64,000 nucleotides of DNA from NCBI RefSeq assembly GCF_036971445.1, contig NC_091469.1, positions 268,460,001 through 268,524,000 on the forward strand, in the 5' to 3' direction. This document shows, piece by piece, positions 52,401 through 61,400 of this stretch. This DNA comes from Narcine bancroftii. Lineage: Eukaryota. A program made the translations under genes and the position numbers. Below the pieces are notes generated by a model, which was not told the DNA's origin, ran no database searches, and saw only the letters and a program-made list of their open reading frames with translations. Each line of letters opens with the position of its first letter. Within the stretch, counting starts at the first letter, position 1.

Positions 52401-55400
52401 CACAAACGAGCCTGCAGCTGACGTGGACTTTTTACCCCCTCCATAAATCTTCGTCCGCGAAGCCAAGCCAAAGAAAAGGTAAAGTACATTGGACTGAATT
52501 TAGGTGGTCTGGACCATACACTGTTACCGCCGTAACAGATAGGTCGGTAAGAATTGACAAACCAGGGGATCATAATTGGCATCATTTTGCCTACTGTTCC
52601 AAGGCAAAACAGCACGTAGCCAGCCTTGATAGAATTGATGAGACTCATGCAGACGATACCGGGGGCCCTATGGGCAGTACTACTAATGGGATGCCAGATA
52701 AGTCAGCAGAATAGCTCGGATTCCTGCGGGGCCAAAGTTATTCTAAAGGTAGACAAAGACAGGGATAACACCTTCCAGTTCGATCTATGCAGTATAATAG
52801 CGTGTGGTAAGAATGAGGCGTCCTGGAGAGGATATGATGTTTACATGTGTGCCTTTCAAATAGGATATCCTAAATGGGGTCTACATGTCTGTCCGTCTTG
52901 GGGTGAGGTTTGGTGGTGGACAGGACCCGACACTAGATGGATAAGAAAACCCCTTAACAAAGGGTCCAGCAAACCTTATTATAATTTTTTCACTAAAATC
53001 TCCCTGATACGTGGTGCTGTGACCTATTCAATGAAAGGAGAGAATCCCCTGATTTTGACAGTAAAGGCGGGGCTGCGCAACCCGTGGAATATGAAGGGAT
53101 GGAGCTCTAAGACATGCGAGGGGGGCACAGGGAGAGAACATGGTGTCGGAGACCTCTTCTATCTAATGATTGGAGTGTCTATTAATGGAAAAGATCCTTG
53201 GGGAGTGGTGAGGTTCGACTTACTAACATACACAAAGGTCATAATTAAACCCACTTCGAAAGAGGGGGAAGTGAGAAAATTCGACAGTACGAAGATGTCC
53301 AGGGGAGAGAAGATAGCAATTGAGACAGGTATTGATGAGTCAAACTCCTGGATAGATCAGATGGGTAAATATGCGGACCAAGCAGGCTATGGGAACTGCT
53401 GGGTCTGTGCCCGAGGAAGGCCATTATTACGGATGAGCAGATCAATTTTTGAGGAGACAGATGCTATGGACTGCGCCTTGAACCTAATGTCTGATATGGG
53501 AACAGACGTTTCCCATAGCTCCGGCTAATGTAGCTCCCCCTGTCTTTAGATCCACAGGCATAACTAATGTTACTTGTTTTGCCAACAACAACACAGCAGC
53601 GCACGTTTTCCATGTGGGTTGGCTGCCCAGCGACTCGTGCAGGACTCATGTTGATCTCTCACATAGCAGTAGTGCAACCCGCTTGACCCAGGCTAGGGCG
53701 GATATTTGGTGGTTTTGTGGAGGAAGAGTGCTGTACAACTGGCTCCCCGCTAACTGGGATGGTCGGTGTGCTCTAGTAACCCTTAATGCGCCAGTGCTGA
53801 TTGTCAAAAGGCAGGAGGGAGACGAGGATTCCCTAGAATTGCACCACACAGAGAGTTGGCTGTGGAGAAAAAGGAGGAGTGTTGGACTCTTGGGGCCGGG
53901 AGGAAGGAACCCTGATGGGGTATGGATTGATGCCATTGGCCAAGCCCGGAATATTCCGGACGAATTTAAATTAGCCGATGAGATTGCAGCTGGGTTTGAA
54001 AGCTTTCCTGTTTTTAGTGCAATTTTTCCCATCACTGTAAATAAGAATGTTAATAGGATCAACCTTATTCACTATAATGTCCAGCGCCTTGCAAATTTGA
54101 CCAGGGACGTTGTTGAGGCAATACATCAACAACTGTCAGAAACTTCCCTTATGACACTTCAAAATAGGATAGCGATTGATATGGTCCTGGCAGAGAAAGG
54201 TGGAGTGTGTGCTATGTTTGGAGATCTATGCTGCACTTCTATCTCTAATAACACAGGGCCAGATGGATCACTCACTAAGGGGTTAACGAAACTTAGGGCA
54301 TTGGCGAAAGAATTAAAAGCCCAGTCTGGAGTCTCCAATCCTGTTTTATCCTGGTTACAGGGAGTGTTTGGGAGATGGAGCACATTGTTAGGACAACTTT
54401 TGCTGGTTTTGTTCATTTCTGTATCAATTTTTATCACTTGTGGCTGTTGTTGTATTCCATGCATTCGAACGCTGGTCACGAGGACCATAGAGAGAGCCTT
54501 TGCTGACCGTGATGAACTGCCTCCGAAATATCAAGCTGTGCAGGCTGTGGAGCAAGACTATCTCACATTACAGGAGGCGGAGAAAGTTGCTGAGATCGAT
54601 CTGGAGTCTGAAGGGGAATGTGATGGGAAGGAGGGATTGTGAATTAGATTGTTACACATATAATTTTAACCTTGCTTGTAACCTAAATATTATAACCTTG
54701 ATTGTAGAACAAATATTATAACATTGATTGTAACACAAACATTATTAATCAGATTGTAGAACAAGTATTATGAATTAGATTGTAGACCATATGTTAACTT
54801 GGGAATTTACTAATGTACGGGGGGGTTAGCTAGTTTTTTGCTTGGGGGCAAATGGGATGAAACTTGTAAACGGGCAATGGGATCGGGGTGACGGATGGGG
54901 GATGTACGCAAAGGAGGGTTGGGGGAGCCCTCGCCCACCAGCCGAACTAACCTGTGAACAGAACCCGTATAGAGCTTGGCAATAATAGGCGAACTAATGT
55001 AACGCGGTGGTAGCATAGTCAGGGCGAGATTGTCCTCTAAAGAGGACAAAGGAGGGATTGTAAGGTAAAACATCATGAGATGGGAATGTGTAAGGAGTTA
55101 CCCTGTACAGGGCTGTAACAAGATGTGAATGCATCCTTGTACTTACAAGATAAGAGAGACATTGATGGATTGAGAGGCAGGAAGCTAGCAGGGAAAGGAT
55201 AGCAACAGTTTTAGTCATTGGACAAGTAATGATATGATGATGTTCTAAGCACGTATCCAAGGGTATAAAAAATCACCATTTTGCTGATAACAGCAGAATG
55301 CATTCTCCGACTAACATGGTTAGTCGCAAGTGTTACAATCCGGTAATAAAGAACAAAGAGCCCTGATTTCGACTCAGTCTGGTGTTTGTCTCACTCACTC

Positions 55401-58400
55401 ATGAACAAAGCAGACCTAACAATTGTCGAGCTTTGCTTTGAGGTTTGCCTGGAAGTTTCCTCTCACTTCGTCTGACTGCAGGTTTCCAACATTGAACCTC
55501 TTTCTAGGGGCTCTACTGTTCCTGGGGTTTGGCTTGAAGTGAAGGTTGAGCTTGCAGCGAACCAGCCGGTGGTCAGTGTGACATTCCGTGCTGGGCATGA
55601 CCCTGGTGTGGAGCACATCTCGTTTGTCTCTTTCTCTCACCAGGACGTAGTCCAGGAGGTGCCAGTGTTTGGATCGGGGATGCATCCAGGTAGTCTTCAG
55701 GCTGTCCCTCTGCTGAAAAAGGGTGTTTGTAATGACAAGCCGCTGTTCTGCGCAGAGCTCCAACAGGAGGCGCCCATTCTCGTTGCACTTGCCGACACCA
55801 TGCTTGCCCAGGATTCCTGGCCAGGTTTCTGAGTCTTTGCCGACGCGAGCGTTGAAGTTGCCAAGGATGACAACCTTGTCGGCTGTAGGGGTGTGTTGAA
55901 TGAGGTTGTGCAGGTCAGTGTAGAACTTGTCCTTTTCTGCTGGTTCTGCCTGGAGGGTTGGAGCATAGACACTGATGAGGGTGATGCGACGCTTGTTTTG
56001 AAGGGGGAGTCGCATGGACATGATCCGGTCCGAGTGGCCTGTCGGGAGGTTTTCGAGTTTGGAGGCAATGGAGTTCTTGACCAAGAAGCCTACACCAGAG
56101 AGGCGTCATTCATCCAAAGGCTTGCCAGACCAGTAGAGTGTGTAGAGTGTGTAGCCTGCGCCGCGTTCTTGGAGGCTGTCTACATCTGCCAGGCGGACTT
56201 CACTGAGAGCGGCTATGTCAATGTCAAGTCTGAGGAGTTCATGTGCAATGAGGGTAGACCGACGTTCAGGTCGGTGGCTGTCAGCCTTGTCTAGCATGGT
56301 TCTGATGTTCCAGCATGCTAGCTTGAGTTTGTGAGCATCTTTTGAGGGGGAGGACGTGGAGGGGGAGGACGTGGACCTGTCCTCGGGCCTGCGCAAAGGA
56401 GCTTTTAGGTGGAGTGCAGTGTGCGCAGTACTGGCCCCACCCTTTACACCCATGCTTCGTGTGCCGTGGCCAAGCAAGCTGGGACGTGGCAGCGATGTCC
56501 TTGGGTCGTAGGTTTTATATCGGAGTTGCCTTCTCCTATGCAGTTTTCTTACCAGGGCTGGAGGGGTCTGCCTCCCCTCCTAGGTCGGCCCATACTGCCT
56601 GGACTGGGGCCGCCGCCTCCAACTCTCTGCCCGGACCGGGGCCTCCAAAATACTCCTCTAACCTCCTCTTAAATGATAGAACTGACCCTGCCACAACTTC
56701 TTCCTCAGGTAGATCATTCCACTCAGCCACCACTCTCTGAGTGAAGAAGCATCCTCTTATATTACTCCTAAAGTTTTGACCTCTAACCCTTAACTTATGA
56801 CCCCTTGTTCCAATCTCACCTACACTTAGGGGAAAGTGCCTATTCACATCTACTCTATCTATTCCCTTCATAATTTTAAATACCTCTCAACCTTCTACGC
56901 TCCAGTTAATAAAGTCCTGGTCGACTCACTCTTCCTCTGTATTCAAGATTATATGAAAATCTTGTTCTCTTTCGAGAATAAAGTGACGTGGTTTTCATCG
57001 TCTTCTGATGAATGATGCAGTATATGGGGGGGGGGGGGGAGGAGGAAAGAATCATGACAAATAACAAAACAATTAAGAACCATTATGAGAAAGAAAGAAA
57101 GTACTTTTCATTTTCTATTCATGACAGTCAATTGCCTGTCGCCATTGAATATCTATTGCCATTTTTGTCCTTGCTGTTTATTAACCAGAGATAATGTGGA
57201 ATTTGTACATATCAGGATTACACCAACAGCAATGTATTAAATGAACACTTGATCTGTTTTGATGAATTTTGAGGGTAAAATAGTGGTCAAGACATCGGGA
57301 GAGCTATCTGTTCTTCAGATAAAGTGCAATCAAACTTTTGATGTTTACATGAACAAGTGGTCCAGAATCTTTTTAAGGCTTCAGAGTTCTTTAAACATTA
57401 TTTTAAGGTCCTAATGTAAATTACTTCAAGTCCAACATTGTGAATATAATTCAGGCTTCATTTCAGGTACAGAAGAATTTCTGAATGTAGTTGGGTGGAA
57501 ATATTTGTGCCCAACTCTATATTTGGCCAGTGAAAAAATCCATGTACGAAACTTTAAAGCTGCAGGCCTGACCTTTGAGTTAACTAATCTATGGCAGGGA
57601 TAAATTGCTAAAATCTATCTCTGGCTTAGACCTTGGGAGATGAATTGTCGCGTGCGTGCGTGCGTGCGTGCGTAAAACCTCAACTATGAACTGTTCTATA
57701 GAATTTAAAAAAGAGAAAGGATAGCGTCTCATATTTTCTGAGCTTGACCACTTAAAAATCAGAACCAGAATTTATTGTCATGAACAAGTCATGAAGTTTG
57801 GTGTTTGTCAGCAGCGTCATAGAGCAAACGTACATATTATAACCATCTTACAACATTACTAAAATAAAATAATACTAGTGTACGAAAAGTAAGGTAGTAC
57901 CTTTGGTTCATTGATTATTCCAGAATCTGATGGCAGCAGGGAAGAAGCTGTCCTTGTGCCGCTGAGTGCTCGTATTTAGGCTCCTGTATTTTTTCCCCGA
58001 TGGTAGCAGAGTGAAGAGGGCCTGGCCTGAGTGGTGGGGGTCTTTTGAGGATAGAGGCTGCTTTTTTAAGACACTGCCTCATGACTAGTGTCAATTTTCG
58101 TTTAAATTGTCATGTTCTTTAAGTTATGCATTTAGTTGAACTTTCTTTTTTTCTCTCCCTTTTCTCTGTCCAGGTTCATTGCCGACGCTCACAGCAATTG
58201 AGGCAAATCCACCTTGCCCGGAACTAGGACATCCTTTAATACTTTCCTGCAAAGCTTCTGGATTCTATCCAGAAACAAATCAAGTACTCTGGTTCAAAGA
58301 ATTTGATAAAATCACAGATGGAATTGAAACAGGAAGAAATGTTTTAGATACAGCCAGTGGTTTGTACTCACGATCATCCCAGTGGAGATTCAAACCAACT

Positions 58401-61400
58401 GTTAATGATCACGGAAAAGAGTACAAAATGCAATTCCTTCATTTTGAAACTTCAAACAAGCCTCTCACAGCCAGTTATGTTTTGAAATTGAAAGGTAAGC
58501 CCTGTTTCCACAAAAGCGTAGGACCAAAAGAACAAAAATGGAAGCAGGAAAGGCCCTTCATGGGTGGCCTGACATTCTGTAAGAGCACAGCTGAACTTTT
58601 ACCTCAGTTCCATATTCTTGCCCTCGCCCACATCCATTAGATACTAAAGAGTTCTCAATCTCTGTCTCGAATATAAGCAGCCTTCACAGCCACCTTTATT
58701 CTCATCATTTTTCAGCCAGTTGAAATAACAATTTCATAATCGGCCTGGCCAGCCCCATAAGATTTATTTTTGTATTTTAGTGGGATCTGTTATAAAGTGA
58801 GTAGCATAAAGTTGTGAGGTGTCTGAAATATCACCAGAAGCAAAACTTGAGCCATTGATTTTGGATTTTATTTCATCTTAAATATTCATTACTGTAAATG
58901 ACTGGTTTCATGAATTTCAACAGGAATTCCCTATGTTGAAGACATAAAATGGAAACCACAGAAAGCAATGTATGGCACAGAACTTGCTCTCACCTGTGAA
59001 GTAAATAACTTTATTCCAAGAGACATCAGAACACAATGGCAAAGAGGAAAAATTCCAATAACCAAAGGAGTTGAAATTGACGGTCCTAAGATGAACCAAA
59101 ATCAATGTTTTCAATTGGTGTCCTGCTTGTATGTAAAGACAACTGCTCTGGATTTTGATGAAGACATTTCCTTTTGTGTGTCCCATTCTAAATTATCTGA
59201 GATAATAATTAAAAAGGCATCTTTAAAACTTCAAGGTACGTTTCACAAAATCTCCTTGGCTTTTTACATTTCCCATCCCACCCAAAGATTTGAATATGTT
59301 CACTTTATATAGGTACACAATCCTTTATCTGGACATCTAAAATCCAGAAGCTCAAAAATCTGGCAAATGGGGAGAGAGAAGGCAGCGCGAGTCAGGCAGG
59401 CGAGGGGGAGAGACCAGAAATATGAGTCAGGCGGGTGAGAGACCGGCAGTGCGAGTCGGGAGGGCAAGGGGAAGAGACTGGATGCGCGAGTCGCTTGGGC
59501 GAGAGACCGGCAGGACAAGTCGGGCAGGTGAGAGACTGGCAATGCGAGGGGGAGAGACTGGATGTGCGAGTTGCACGGGCGAGAGACCGGCAGGGCAAGT
59601 CGGGCGGGCAAGTGGGGGGGAAGACTGGCAGCGCGAGTCAGGTGGGCGAGGGGGTATGGAAGGGGGTGGGGTTGGATATGGCATCACAATTTGGTGGGCT
59701 TAAATCTGGCTTTCCAACATCCGGGAAAAATCCACAATTCAGAACACACTGTCCCCCAAGGGTTCCGGATAAAGGATTGAGTACCTATATTTGCACGTGG
59801 CACATCATGATTGATTGTTGAGTGAGAAAATCACTGATTTATGTCCCACTTTTGCAATAAATTGCCAAAAAAGTTGGAATTAGTTAAGTTTATTCATAAA
59901 ACTGCAACATAAAGTTATTAAAATGGAGCATATATGGTTTAAATTTAAAATGTTTAAATTATTGATAGACAGCACGGTAACAGGCCATTTTGGCCCAAGA
60001 GCCTGCGCTGCCCAATAACACCCAATTAACACAGCGCCTTGTACGCTTCAAACAGTGGGAGAAAACCGGAGTCCCTGGGGTGGGGGGGGGGGGGGTGGAA
60101 CTATGTAGACATGGGGAAAATGCACCAACTCCTTACAGACAGCACGGGATTCGTACCCCTGTCCATATGCTGGCACAGTAACACTAAATAATTGCACTAA
60201 CTGCAGAGTTAACCGTGCTGCCTAGTAAAAGTTTAAGTAAATTGTAAAAAAAAAAGGATTTAAAATAAATGCATCTTTTAAATATTAATCAGAATAAAAT
60301 TACATAAAAGATCAAAATATTTTAATTGATCAGATTCAGAATTGATATTTATAGTGGTCTGTCACCTTTGCTACAAGGTGGGATACTTTGAATAAAGTGA
60401 TGAACTGGATATCTATAAAAATATTCCAGTGATTCAAACAAGTAATTTTCAAAATGGTTCATGTGCTTTTAACTTGTGTCTATTGCAAACAATTTTTTTT
60501 TCATGTTGTTTAAAATTAATTATCTTGATTCACTGGCTAAACATTCAACTTTTTTTTTCTCAGCTCTTGCTCCTGACATGTCTGATATTACAAGTAATCC
60601 AAAGATACTTAAGGTTAACCAGAATGCAGAATTCAGTGTCTCATTGACACATTATGTTCCTGATAAACTGCAAATAAAGTGGTTTAAAAATGAAAAGCTT
60701 TATGAAGATGTGGTTAAGAGCCCTCCTAAGATTGCAGATGATGGTTTATTTTCATCAGTTACAAGCTTAACATTTATGACAACAGAAAATGATCATGAAA
60801 ATATCATCAAATGTGAGGTGTTTCATGAAAAGACAAAACGAAGACAAGAAAAACTTTTCAAATTACTTTTTGAAGGTGAATCTTGTTCGATAAATGTTGA
60901 GTTTAGCATGACACATTTTATTTAAGTTTTAACTGCATTGATGATTTCTTTAAACTTAAAAATATTAATTTAAATGTTTCACATCAAAGCTTCTCATTGA
61001 GTAAACTAGTTATTTACTGACGCGGAGAATAGATCATTTTGATGACTTCATTTGTTTAAAATCTGATGAGGTGAGATACTTAACCTTTCAACTGCTGATT
61101 TGATTTGACTAATGTCCGGCATAACTTATATCCTGTTTTATCCTACAGATGGTGGAGAAATTAAACCGGTTGCCAGTTTCGACAGTAAAGGTAAATTGTT
61201 CATTTTGAGAAGTTCCAGTTTTGTATATGTTCACTTAAATCTTTTGTCGCGTGCGTGAGATTTTAGACCCATGTATTACCATTTGAAATGGCATCTGTGA
61301 GTTGCCCTATGCTGCCTGCCAGCCTTCTTCATAGCTCAGCTAATCCATTGTCTTCATTACTTTAAAACAAAAAAAGGGTGGTAATGATGTGATAATTTTC

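Larger units (their letters stand above)
44131..55421 (+). mobile_element. Endogenous retrovirus, gamma/epsilon-like (class I), LTR-gag-pro-pol-env-LTR, defective
   Basis: 363-bp LTRs at 44131-44493 and 55059-55421 with 4 mismatches. 4-bp TSD ATCG/ATTG. PBS, PPT, single CCHC knuckle, YVDD RT, gamma-type env. Confidence 0.97.
41800..56650 (-). mobile_element. Full-length RTE LINE (APE endonuclease plus RT), split by the ERV
   Basis: 9-bp TSD TACTCCTCT at 41791-41799 and 56651-56659. (GAA)n-type 3' tail. Endonuclease LACWNIRT, AALSEVR, GNFNAR, TDH at 55422-56450; RT and C-terminal zinc finger at 41855-44130. A few frameshifts. Confidence 0.95.
41660..56950 (-). mobile_element. CR1 3' fragment split by the RTE insertion (halves at about 41660-41799 and 56651-56950)
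   Basis: Joined halves align with the intact CR1 3' end at 30650-31000. Confidence 0.85.

Noticed and set aside
53614-54642. Domesticated (syncytin-like) env
   Set aside because: A frameshift near 53505 separates it from the signal peptide and SU, and the provirus is young enough for open frames to persist without selection
56450-56650. HDV-like ribozyme at the RTE 5' end
   Set aside because: Known for some RTE elements, but I could not fit the nested double-pseudoknot pattern by eye
59370-59650. CRISPR-like or coding repeat array
   Set aside because: Degenerate GC-rich minisatellite inside a MITE, with no unique spacers, in a eukaryotic context
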